DNA of 64,000 bases from a virus. Its lineage: Duplodnaviria > Caudoviricetes. The notes under the pieces were generated by a model, which saw only the letters and a program-made list of their open reading frames with translations, was not told the origin of the DNA and searched no databases. The position numbers and the translations under genes were made by a program. Location of the stretch: positions 1 to 64,000 of the IMG/VR virus record IMGVR_UViG_3300028591_000129; one strand, given 5' to 3'. Below, in pieces: positions 41,428-49,669 of this stretch; position 1 is the stretch's first letter, and every line of letters begins with the position of its first letter.

Positions 41428-41544
41428 TTACTTTTTCTTTTTGCTTTCCTTGTACTTCTTAATCTCGCTCGGCTTGGGCGCAGGGCGCTTCTTTACGAGT
41501 TTTACAGGGTTAAGCAGGTCTCGATTTTCGATTCTCTTTGTCAT
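41428..41544 (-). CDS. 38-aa Lys-rich peptide E (follows the JAB-like gene)
   Basis: MTKRIENRDLLNPVKLVKKRPAPK...; SD GAGGTG at upstream stop. Confidence 0.65.
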   Translation of the reverse strand: MTKRIENRDLLNPVKLVKKRPAPKPSEIKKYKESKKKK

Positions 41545-41549
41545 TTTAA

Positions 41550-42299
41550 TCACCTCTCTAATCCGTATGTGTATCCGTACTTGCCTTGGTTCTCTAACAG
41601 CCAATTGTGAGCATTTATATGTGCCACATTGTTTATCCTGTTCAACTGTGCCACGCAATTGTTATATGCTTGGTCGTTCTGTGTGGCGTACTCGGCGCGA
41701 CTTATCTCACCTCGCACGCACCTATTCCACAACTCCCTTGATAACGCCCTATATTCTCGTGTTATCGGTGACGCTTGTGCACTTGCTGACCTGCTATTCT
41801 CACGTATAAAGTGTGCATAGTCATTAGCAAACGCAACTGCACTTGCGCGGTCAGCAATCATTGCGGGCGACTTGGTTATGCTGTAAGTGCCCTCGGAAGC
41901 AACTGCACGAAATGAAGATATATTGAACCTTGCCCAATTGTTAATATCTGCGTCGCTGAATGTGCCACCAAGTTCGTCACTTGAGTAGCCTGACCTCGGG
42001 TGGATATGTGAAAAATAATCACCATTGATAAATGCTCGTACAGACGACTTAACAGCGCCCTTACCGCCTCTACGTTCCTCAAGCACCGTTCCGTCAGCAG
42101 TTACTACCATACCAAATTCTATCTTGGCGTTCTTACGCTTACTCTCAAACTCTTGTATGCTCCTTGGCATTACGGGGCTTCCGCTATCCGCACTGTATAC
42201 GAGCGGAATATCAACGGTAATCTGACCTCTTGCGCCAAGGTCAACGTCCGTTACGCCTATCGAACGGCTGTTATTATTGTCACTTCCCGAGCTTCCCAT
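41550..42299 (-). CDS. JAB/MPN-like metalloenzyme effector
   Basis: KIEFGMVV...SHIHP...GTFSDAD matches E...HxH...SxxD; starts MGSSG. Confidence 0.7.
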   Translation of the reverse strand: MGSSGSDNNNSRSIGVTDVDLGARGQITVDIPLVYSADSGSPVMPRSIQEFESKRKNAKIEFGMVVTADGTVLEERRGGKGAVKSSVRAFINGDYFSHIHPRSGYSSDELGGTFSDADINNWARFNISSFRAVASEGTYSITKSPAMIADRASAVAFANDYAHFIRENSRSASAQASPITREYRALSRELWNRCVRGEISRAEYATQNDQAYNNCVAQLNRINNVAHINAHNWLLENQGKYGYTYGLER

Positions 42300-42314
42300 T
42301 AGCTTCTTCTCCTG

Positions 42315-42452
42315 TCACTTCTTACTGTTAAGCTTCTTCTTAAGTGCATTGACTGCCTTTGTATTCTTTGTGTTCTTAACAGGATTGTTTGTGTCATTGT
42401 CCGTAGCGACAAACCTCATTTTTGCGTTGTTGTCTCTCTTTGTTCTCGGCAC
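42315..42452 (-). CDS. 45-aa Lys-rich peptide D (RFVAT type)
   Basis: GTG start after AAAGGGGGG; MPRTKRDNNAKMRFVATD... Confidence 0.65.
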   Translation of the reverse strand: MPRTKRDNNAKMRFVATDNDTNNPVKNTKNTKAVNALKKKLNSKK

Positions 42453-42469
42453 TTTCAATTCCCCCCTTT

Positions 42470-43207
42470 TTATAAGATTACGTCTATCTCCAAGTACGCC
42501 GCGTTCTCGCCTCTTGCTGTTGACCACTCACGTACTATCCTCGCGTCACCCGTGAAGTTATAGTGCTGATTTCTCTGCACAAGTACCTCGTGTTCTGCGT
42601 GATTGTTCGTCATTATCGCACCCGTACCCTGTTGGACTACTACCCTAAATCGTACAGGGTATGCGTCGAATGTTCCGTGCCCCTTTGTGTATGTCAGTGA
42701 CGTATATGCACGCTGTGTATAGTCCGTTGACTGCAACACATCTCGAAGTGCACTGCTCATACTCGGGTCTGACGCCATTGCCACTTTAAGCCTGCCAAGC
42801 TCGCTCTCGCTTAATCCGAGTATACGAGAAGCTGACCTCAATGACACGTACCTGTACGCTAACAAGTCCTCTGACATAGGCTTCATACCGTTGTCTATCT
42901 GTGCTATGTCCCGCTTAATGTCGCTCTCGCTGTACCCCAAACGTGTCCAATCACTGTCAGGACTTCCGACCTTGCCTGTGTTCAGATAATAGTTAATATC
43001 GAATGCCTTTGAGGTCTTTACATACACCTTTTTACGGGACGGTGCGTCAGGGTCACCTGCTTCATAGCCTGTCTGACCCATATCATTCTGCAACCTGCGC
43101 ACTTCCTCACGCTGTTCCGACCTTGTAAGCCCCTCTAAATTGGTAGCTTCCTCGAACGGGTCGCGCTCCGAAGCGGTGTTTGTTATACGTTCCCCTCGAC
43201 TGCCCAT
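42470..43207 (-). CDS. ADP-ribosyltransferase-like effector ART4 (ExE)
   Basis: AYR, AYTSLT, EHEVLVQRN; starts MGSRG. Confidence 0.8.
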   Translation of the reverse strand: MGSRGERITNTASERDPFEEATNLEGLTRSEQREEVRRLQNDMGQTGYEAGDPDAPSRKKVYVKTSKAFDINYYLNTGKVGSPDSDWTRLGYSESDIKRDIAQIDNGMKPMSEDLLAYRYVSLRSASRILGLSESELGRLKVAMASDPSMSSALRDVLQSTDYTQRAYTSLTYTKGHGTFDAYPVRFRVVVQQGTGAIMTNNHAEHEVLVQRNQHYNFTGDARIVREWSTARGENAAYLEIDVIL

Positions 43208-43211
43208 TCGA

Positions 43212-43349
43212 TTACTTCTTCACAATCTTAAGCAGACCGTTAGGCATTTTCTCGAACTTCTCGTCAGGCTTAAGCATTCTGCCATATGCAGGTGCGTCAA
43301 ATCCCGACTTCTTTTTTGCGTTCTTCTTCGCTGTCTTCTTGTTAGCCAT
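43212..43349 (-). CDS. 45-aa Lys-rich peptide C (SGFDAPAYG type)
   Basis: MANKKTAKKNAKKKSGFDAPAYG...; own promoter and SD. Confidence 0.75.
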   Translation of the reverse strand: MANKKTAKKNAKKKSGFDAPAYGRMLKPDEKFEKMPNGLLKIVKK

Positions 43350-43380
43350 TACCTTAACCCCTTTCGTGTTGTTTGAGTAT

Positions 43381-43409
43381 ATACTAACATAGTAAGTATA
43401 ATTTGTCAA
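43381..43409 (-). promoter_or_regulatory. sigma-A promoter for peptide C
   Basis: TTGACA-17 bp-TAGTAT with TG extension. Confidence 0.7.
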
Positions 43410-43411
43410 CA

Positions 43412-44170
43412 TTAGCTATAATCGTGCTCGATACGTCTGACGACTTCAAGTACAACACGATACTCGGCGCGTCCGTGTGCTCTTCCGCTACCGCCTACGC
43501 GCTCATATGATACAGGCATAAGAATAAGGTCTCTGTTTAACATAAACTCGCGTTGTCTGTCGCCGTAGTAAGAATTAACGTCGTCGTTACCTAACCACAT
43601 ACCGTAGCCTGTGCCCGACGGAACTCTAATCTCGTACTCAATCTGCTTGTTACTTCCGATTGTGAGACCCTCACGTGCCGCACCCGTAGACATATTACCT
43701 CTTGAATATATTTCCTGTCCTATCATACGCTGTATATCCTCTTCCGTTGCTGTCCTGTTTCCTTTTCCCAACAATAACTCAGCCGTTGCACGACGGTGTA
43801 CCACAAAAGGGGTATTAATCGTTGAACGGTCAAGGTACTTATCGTATATCCGAGTGGCGTCTTGGTCTTCCTTGTCCATTTTACTGAAACCCTCGTACTG
43901 CTGTCCGTCCATAAAATGACCATATACCCAAGTGTGGTCAAATGCTAACCACTCGTCACGGTCTTTATTTATCTCGTCATAAAGCTCTTGGGCATTACTA
44001 TGCTCCAAGAACCAACGATTAGTCGCGCCCCCGTCACGCTCATAATTATGCGTATCCGAGTGCCGACTATCGAATGTTTTATATTCGTCCTTGTCCTTGC
44101 GTCTTACAGGCAGTTCACCGCCCGATACTGCGCCTGTGCTCCCCGCAGAAACTCTTCCTGTACTTCCCAC
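43412..44170 (-). CDS. ADP-ribosyltransferase-like effector ART3 (QxE)
   Basis: VHRR, GNMSTG, QREFMLNRD; starts MGSTG. Confidence 0.8.
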   Translation of the reverse strand: MGSTGRVSAGSTGAVSGGELPVRRKDKDEYKTFDSRHSDTHNYERDGGATNRWFLEHSNAQELYDEINKDRDEWLAFDHTWVYGHFMDGQQYEGFSKMDKEDQDATRIYDKYLDRSTINTPFVVHRRATAELLLGKGNRTATEEDIQRMIGQEIYSRGNMSTGAAREGLTIGSNKQIEYEIRVPSGTGYGMWLGNDDVNSYYGDRQREFMLNRDLILMPVSYERVGGSGRAHGRAEYRVVLEVVRRIEHDYS

Positions 44171-44195
44171 GGCTAATTCTCCTTACACCAAATGC

Positions 44196-44357
44196 TTATT
44201 TCTTTGCTCCCTTGGGTGGTATCATTCTGTATGTTCCGTCGGGAAGCTTCTTGTATGTTGTTCCCTTGGGTACGATTTCACCGTAAGCGGGTGCGTCGAA
44301 ACCGCTCTTTCTCTCTGTTGCCTTTGTGTTCTTCTTTGTTGTTTTCTTATTTGCCAT
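44196..44357 (-). CDS. 53-aa Lys-rich peptide B (SGFDAPAYG type; not in ORF track)
   Basis: Hand-translated MANKKTTKKNTKATERKSGFDAPAYGEIVPKGTTYKKLPDGTYRMIPPKGAKK; SD AAGGAGG. Confidence 0.75.
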   Translation of the reverse strand: MANKKTTKKNTKATERKSGFDAPAYGEIVPKGTTYKKLPDGTYRMIPPKGAKK

Positions 44358-44387
44358 TTTTAGTTCCTCCTTGTATTGTTTGAGTAT

Positions 44388-44416
44388 ATACTAACATAGT
44401 AAGTATAGTTTGTCAA
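44388..44416 (-). promoter_or_regulatory. sigma-A promoter for peptide B
   Basis: TTGACA-17 bp-TAGTAT, nearly identical to the promoter at 43381. Confidence 0.7.
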
Positions 44417-44419
44417 CTA

Positions 44420-45175
44420 TTAATCGTAATTATGTGGCTGTCTGCCTATATACTCAAGAATTACACGATATTCAGGCGCGGTATCCCACGTCCTATCTTC
44501 AATATCTTGCCTCTCACTTTGTGATATACGCTCATAACCAACTATACGATATGCAGTGTCTCTATTCAGCATAAATTCACGTTGTTGGTCTCCCCAAGTA
44601 GGGTTTACACTATTGTGTCCTATATACATTCCTGCACCAACAGAGCCCGCAGGGATACGGATAGTATAGTCAATAGGCTTGGAAGCGCCTCTTCCGATAG
44701 TAAGTCCGTCTGCCGCTGCTCCCGTAGACATATTACCGAGAGATATGACCTCATTACCTACTGCATTACGCAACATTTCTTCAGTAACACTGCGTCTGCC
44801 CTCTCCGAATAATAACTCGGGCGTAGCTCGTCTATGTACTTCAACGCCCTCATTAATGACGGAACGGTCAAGAATATTATCGTAAATACGCGTGTATGTC
44901 TGTCTTGTGTCGTCCATATCAGAGAACTTGCCATACTGTTGACCGCCCATAAAATGACCACGTTCCCAATAGTCAAACGCGTTCAAATGCGCCCTCACCT
45001 CGGGGTATAACTCTTCAACATTAGAATTTTGTTCAAACCAACGGTAGGTTGCACCTCGGTCACTTTCATAATTATGTGTGCCCTCTGCTTCCCACTTAAA
45101 TTGGTGGTACTTGCCGTCACTTGCACCCGCAAGCATTCGACTTCCCTTATTTTCGTTACCCCCTGTGCTTCCCAC
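44420..45175 (-). CDS. ADP-ribosyltransferase-like effector ART2 (QxE), paralog of ART3
   Basis: VHRR, GNMSTG, QREFMLNRD; starts MGSTG. Confidence 0.8.
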   Translation of the reverse strand: MGSTGGNENKGSRMLAGASDGKYHQFKWEAEGTHNYESDRGATYRWFEQNSNVEELYPEVRAHLNAFDYWERGHFMGGQQYGKFSDMDDTRQTYTRIYDNILDRSVINEGVEVHRRATPELLFGEGRRSVTEEMLRNAVGNEVISLGNMSTGAAADGLTIGRGASKPIDYTIRIPAGSVGAGMYIGHNSVNPTWGDQQREFMLNRDTAYRIVGYERISQSERQDIEDRTWDTAPEYRVILEYIGRQPHNYD

Positions 45176-45200
45176 GGCTAATTCTCCTTATCCTGACTAA

Positions 45201-45305
45201 TTACTTCTTCTCGGGCTTCTTCTTTCCCTTGGTAATTGTCATTCCTTTGCCTGTTGCAACAAAGCGAGCTTTTGCTTTCTTTGTATCTTCCTTGATATTT
45301 GCCAT
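45201..45305 (-). CDS. 34-aa Lys-rich peptide A (RFVAT type; not in ORF track)
   Basis: Hand-translated MANIKEDTKKAKARFVATGKGMTITKGKKKPEKK; SD AAAGGGG. Confidence 0.7.
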   Translation of the reverse strand: MANIKEDTKKAKARFVATGKGMTITKGKKKPEKK

Positions 45306-45334
45306 TTCCGACTTCCCCTTTCTCGTTTTCTTAC

Positions 45335-45362
45335 ATTATATCACGGTAATTACTACTGTCAA
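45335..45362 (-). promoter_or_regulatory. sigma-A promoter for peptide A
   Basis: TTGACA-16 bp-TATAAT with TG extension; -35 overlaps the ART1 stop codon. Confidence 0.7.
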
Positions 45363-46057
45363 GGCACTGTCTCTACGGATATAATCAACTGTCTTCCGTC
45401 GGCGGACACTTGTATATCATTAATGCCATAACCGACATTACGGGACAGCACGCACTCCGATTCCATTCCTGTCGGACTGAATATGGCGGGTGTACCCGCT
45501 TTTGCGTCGATATTTATGCGTACTCTACGATACGAGAACTCCGAATCGGTCAAGGACGTGTCATATGTTGTTGACATATATGCGTGCTCACGCACAAAGT
45601 CACCAAGAAGCACCCTGCGAAGCTCTGCTACGTCATTTTCGTCGAACTTTCTAAAGCCTTTTGAGGCGTCCATAAGGCGTCCTCTCACGTCGTCGTCCAA
45701 CTCTGCCCCACCGTTCGTTATCAAATTCTCTAAATAGCCATTATCCGCCATTCGGACTAACTCAATATCTTTGTTGAGTGGAAGCATACTTTTGTCCATT
45801 GCGTCTATCGTCCTGTATGCCTCTGCAAGCTCGTCCTCGTCACCATATTCAAGCTCAAGTGACGCGCGTACGCTTATTCCGTCGGCTACCGCGTCTCGTA
45901 ATGCGCCGTTAATCTTCCACGAGTTTGCAGACTGAAAATAGCCCGAGTTATATATGCCTGACCTGTGCACCATATGTGTAAAGTCGTCGGGGTTTATCTT
46001 CGTATAATGTGTATCTACGTCCGAGTAGTTATCTTTGCTACCGCCTGAACTGCCCAT
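45359..46057 (-). CDS. ADP-ribosyltransferase-like effector ART1 (ExE)
   Basis: LVR, AYMSTT, ESECVLSRN; start reassigned to MGSSG (TAATG overlap with upstream ORF). Confidence 0.82.
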   Translation of the reverse strand: MGSSGGSKDNYSDVDTHYTKINPDDFTHMVHRSGIYNSGYFQSANSWKINGALRDAVADGISVRASLELEYGDEDELAEAYRTIDAMDKSMLPLNKDIELVRMADNGYLENLITNGGAELDDDVRGRLMDASKGFRKFDENDVAELRRVLLGDFVREHAYMSTTYDTSLTDSEFSYRRVRINIDAKAGTPAIFSPTGMESECVLSRNVGYGINDIQVSADGRQLIISVETVP

Positions 46058-46206
46058 TATCTCTTTTTCCTTTTTCGCTCTGTCCAACCGCTCTCTTCGA
46101 TAGCCTTGCCTTGCGCTTCAGCTTTCCTACGGGCATTTTTGGCGCGATAGACTTTGCCCGTCGTACCCCATTGGTATCCGTCTTTACCGACCTTATGAAC
46201 AGGCAT
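46057..46206 (-). CDS. 49-aa basic protein (not in ORF track)
   Basis: Hand-translated MPVHKVGKDGYQWGTTGKVYRAKNARRKAEAQGKAIEESGWTERKRKKR; SD GAGGT. Confidence 0.7.
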   Translation of the reverse strand: MPVHKVGKDGYQWGTTGKVYRAKNARRKAEAQGKAIEESGWTERKRKKR

Positions 46207-46211
46207 AGCGA

Positions 46212-46361
46212 TTACCTCTTCTTATCCTTGACAATCATATGACGTCCGTTGACCGTTACCCAACGCTCGCCTTTCTTAAGCTGACTGTCAATCTTGTCGA
46301 AGCTTGCTCTCTCCTTGGCTGTGACCTTATGCGGTCTCGGTGCGCTCTTCTTCTTCGCCAT
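46212..46361 (-). CDS. 49-aa basic protein (not in ORF track)
   Basis: Hand-translated MAKKKSAPRPHKVTAKERASFDKIDSQLKKGERWVTVNGRHMIVKDKKR; SD GGGAG. Confidence 0.65.
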   Translation of the reverse strand: MAKKKSAPRPHKVTAKERASFDKIDSQLKKGERWVTVNGRHMIVKDKKR

Positions 46362-46416
46362 AATGTTCTATCTCCCATTATCCTGTCGAGGGCTTATTCA
46401 CTTATCAGTATAACAT

Positions 46417-46448
46417 AAAAGTGCCTCAAGCGAACTCAAGGCACTTTA
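46417..46448 (-). terminator. Intrinsic terminator after the TROVE-like gene
   Basis: AAAGTGCCT / AGGCACTTT inverted repeat with T-run. Confidence 0.65.
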
Positions 46449-46452
46449 TATC

Positions 46453-47925
46453 TCACGCTGTTATGTCCTTATACCTGTCAGACGCAAGAATTTCATTCAT
46501 AACGTCCAACGGTGTCTTCCCCAAGTTATCCATTACCTGCTTCATAATGTTCGGTGAGTATCCTGACACGAGGGACACGCAACTGTCCGACATAGACGCG
46601 TGGTAAGTAGGGTTGACCGCATTCACGTTCCAATAGATAACGTGAGGCAGTCTGTACCCTGCACGCTCGTACTCACCGCGTACGACGTCAGTGAACGTCA
46701 TAAAGCCGTCACTATCACAGCCACGGACACAGTCTACCTGCATATCGGATATGACACAGATAGCTTCAGGCATTTCGTCAGGGTCGATATGATACTTAAC
46801 GCCTATCTCAAGTATCCTGTCAAAGACAGCCTTGAGGTTAGTGGAATTACCCCACTCGGAACGATGTACGTCTTCGTACATTTGCCCAAGCGTCTCACCT
46901 TTAATCTCTTTGAGCGTAGGTGTGCTTGAGAAAGTAAAGAACTTGTCCTTGAACTCACCGACGTTGTTCTGTGCGAAGTAGATACCAAGAGAGATAGCAA
47001 CCGTGAGCGGTGACATACCGCCACGCCCCCAAGTCATTGAGCCTGAAGTATCCACGACGGCAAGGGCTCTTGTCGTGACCTTGGGTAACTGTGCCCACAT
47101 AGTGTTTATCTCGACAGAGTTATCACCCTTGACCACTTTCTGCATAATGTCACACGGATTAGCCGTCGCCATATTCATTTTGGCGTCACCTGTCTTGACC
47201 TTGGAAATGTACGCGGTGTATCTTTCCCCGTCGTGCCTCTTGAACGCTTCCCTGTTCTGCACGTTACACTTTGAGGGGACTGTCTCGTAGTCAATCTCGC
47301 CCCAACGGTTCGTGGACATTTTAGCTTCAGGGGTGTCTATCGCTTTTCTCAAGGCAACAAGGGCTTTCCTGTACACTGACATAGTCTTAAAGGAATACCC
47401 TAACTTCTTGGCTGTAAGCTTACCTAACTCTGCTGTCTTCTTTGAGGACGCATTCGGTGTGGCAAGCCACTTCGAGAGCAAGGATACAGGCTTGCCCTCC
47501 GCGAGGTTATGCAAGTCTCTGCGGTACTGACAGGCAATGAAGTCCCACATAGCGTTCTCGGCAGGTGTCCCTATGAGACTGTACAAGTCTTTAGCTCGAC
47601 CAAACTCAAGCACGTTGGGAATGTTCTTGACGACGCTGTCAGTATGCGTCTCCGCCAAGTGAGCGAAAATCTGATTAAAGGCGTCTCTCTCCCCAAGCCC
47701 GCCACGAATGTCACGGGCATAGAACAACAGCTTCATAGCACTGTCCTTATCTTCCTTATACGCCTCGTCGAACAGGTCACATTTAGCGTACGCAGACGCC
47801 CCGCGAAGAGCGCCCACTCTCCCAAGGAAGTCAAGACACCTGTTCGAAGTAGACGTAAGGCAGTCAGCCCCATTCCACGTCTTGCCGTGTGTCAGTTCAA
47901 TGTTAAACGCGTCAGAAAAATTCAT
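46453..47925 (-). CDS. TROVE-like helical domain plus vWA protein (DUF2828-type)
   Basis: TWNGA...CLDF, LFYARDIRGGLGER, SLLSKW, MIDAS DTSGSM, TNL, ISDMQ, YWNV, VSGYSP. Confidence 0.85.
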   Translation of the reverse strand: MNFSDAFNIELTHGKTWNGADCLTSTSNRCLDFLGRVGALRGASAYAKCDLFDEAYKEDKDSAMKLLFYARDIRGGLGERDAFNQIFAHLAETHTDSVVKNIPNVLEFGRAKDLYSLIGTPAENAMWDFIACQYRRDLHNLAEGKPVSLLSKWLATPNASSKKTAELGKLTAKKLGYSFKTMSVYRKALVALRKAIDTPEAKMSTNRWGEIDYETVPSKCNVQNREAFKRHDGERYTAYISKVKTGDAKMNMATANPCDIMQKVVKGDNSVEINTMWAQLPKVTTRALAVVDTSGSMTWGRGGMSPLTVAISLGIYFAQNNVGEFKDKFFTFSSTPTLKEIKGETLGQMYEDVHRSEWGNSTNLKAVFDRILEIGVKYHIDPDEMPEAICVISDMQVDCVRGCDSDGFMTFTDVVRGEYERAGYRLPHVIYWNVNAVNPTYHASMSDSCVSLVSGYSPNIMKQVMDNLGKTPLDVMNEILASDRYKDITA

Positions 47926-48001
47926 AAAAAATACCTCCTACTCTCTAACGTCCTTTGTGTCGCTATCAACCAAGGCAGTTAAATCGTAAAAGGTTTAAGA
48001 C

Positions 48002-48136
48002 AAGACCCCGTGTGGTTTTATTCTGCATATCTGTTTATCATAAGAGTTGCTGTATGGGTCTTTCACCTTATGTTCATAGCAACGAGACACCGTTTCATAT
48101 CCGCATTATGTAAAATCATTTTGCTGTCTGTGTCTC
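48002..48136 (-). ncRNA. Two related stem-loop elements upstream of the TROVE-like gene
   Basis: AAGACCC-ATACAGCAA...GGGTCTT (48002-48062) and GAGACAC-AGACAGCAA...GTGTCTC (48084-48136). Confidence 0.55.
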
Positions 48137-48671
48137 AACTAATCAAACATAGTATATATCTATTCAAGCGCACTGTCAACATCATTTTTCTCTGCCCGCC
48201 GTCAAAATAATACTCACCTGCGCGGGAAATAACTACACACTCTGCACTAATAAAAATCAAGCCACCACTCAACACCTGCTTGACGAAAACGCCGTTTTTT
48301 CAGGTGGGTGGGGGTATCCGTGCTCCCGTATGCTCCCTTATGCTCCGTATCGCTCCTGCTTCCCTTGCCAACACTCGCTCGGAAGGTTTTCCTATCACAC
48401 GTATATGCCCCGCTCGGAAGGTTCTTGCACGGGAAATTAACTACAATCAATGACATTCAAAAAATTAGCAAGCCCCTCTCCCTCTTGCGGTTTCCATATG
48501 GTTTTCTCGGGGCAGGGGGTGGGGTGCGTGGGGCATAAAATTGCGGGCTGATTTTTGGGTGGGGGTTAAGGTCGTTTCAAGGTGTGGGGGCTGTCCCCCT
48601 ATATGAAAAGAAGACAATTAAAAAGTCCCGCCTATTGGCGGGGCTTGTGGCTGTTGGCTGTCGTTGGAAGA

Positions 48672-49352
48672 TTAACGCTTCCAAAAAGCTATAAGCGGTT
48701 CTGTATCTACCTCGGGGAATGTCACGCGCTCGACCTTGCAACCTGTCTTGATTATTGCTTCCCCTATGCTCAACGTTTCCGCGCCTGCAATACCTAAAAT
48801 AACTCTGCTCTCTGATACTGAAGAAACGGGGACGGATACACGTGTATCAAGGTTACACTTCAAACGTGTTGGGATAACCTCTGCATTGATATTCTGTGTT
48901 GCACAGATTAACTGCACCCCTGCCGCACGTGCTATGCGTGCCAAACGCTCTAATAACTCAAAAGCTCTTTTACTTGTAAACGCAATGTCTGCAAGCTCGT
49001 CAACGATTATATAAAGCTTCGTGCCTGTATACTTGCGCGCGCCTGCTTGTTCCATTTCGCGGTAGCGATAGTCTACGAGTGCCAAGCACTTATTAAGCAA
49101 TGCCTCTATGTCCTCGGGCTCTGTCGCGTAGCCTGCGCAATGCGCTGTATGCTTAAAACGGCTCAACTCAACGCGCTTAGGGTCTATCAAAACCATTTGA
49201 CATTCTGCGGGGTTATGAGTGAGAATGTCATATATGATATTCTCAAGAAAAGTTGACTTTCCGCTTCCTGACGCGCCCGCGATTAATGCGTGGTGTGCGC
49301 TTGCTGTGATTGCTGAAAAGACGGGGTTTCTGTTGATTGTCATTGTTGCCAT
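48672..49352 (-). CDS. FtsK/SpoIIIE-family ATPase (motor domain only)
   Basis: HALIAGASGSGKS, LIDPKRVEL, IIVDELAD, ARAAGVQLICATQ, GAETL. Confidence 0.9.
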   Translation of the reverse strand: MATMTINRNPVFSAITASAHHALIAGASGSGKSTFLENIIYDILTHNPAECQMVLIDPKRVELSRFKHTAHCAGYATEPEDIEALLNKCLALVDYRYREMEQAGARKYTGTKLYIIVDELADIAFTSKRAFELLERLARIARAAGVQLICATQNINAEVIPTRLKCNLDTRVSVPVSSVSESRVILGIAGAETLSIGEAIIKTGCKVERVTFPEVDTEPLIAFWKR

Positions 49353-49669
49353 TGCTTACACCCCCTCTCTAATTGCCTTGATAGCCTTAATGTATCCCTC
49401 AACCTGCGAAACTGTCAGATAGTGACCAAAGCGGTTTAACAGCTCTGTTGCCTTGTCTGCGTCCCTAAACAGCTTAATCTGATTGTCGAGTAATACCCTA
49501 ATGTCTGCGGGGTTTATTCTTGTGTCTTTCATAGTGTTTTACCTCTTTGCTTTCTATGAGTTTTCGTGGGGAATTGCTCGGTATCCCCTACTAATAGTAT
49601 ACGCCTCTCTTCCTTATTTGTACATACCACTTTTCTAAACAAAAAGTTCAATATAGCTTAACTTGTATA

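Noticed and set aside
41550-46057. N-myristoylation as the meaning of the MGS tag
   Set aside because: Only one of five fits MGxxxS, and the host appears bacterial.
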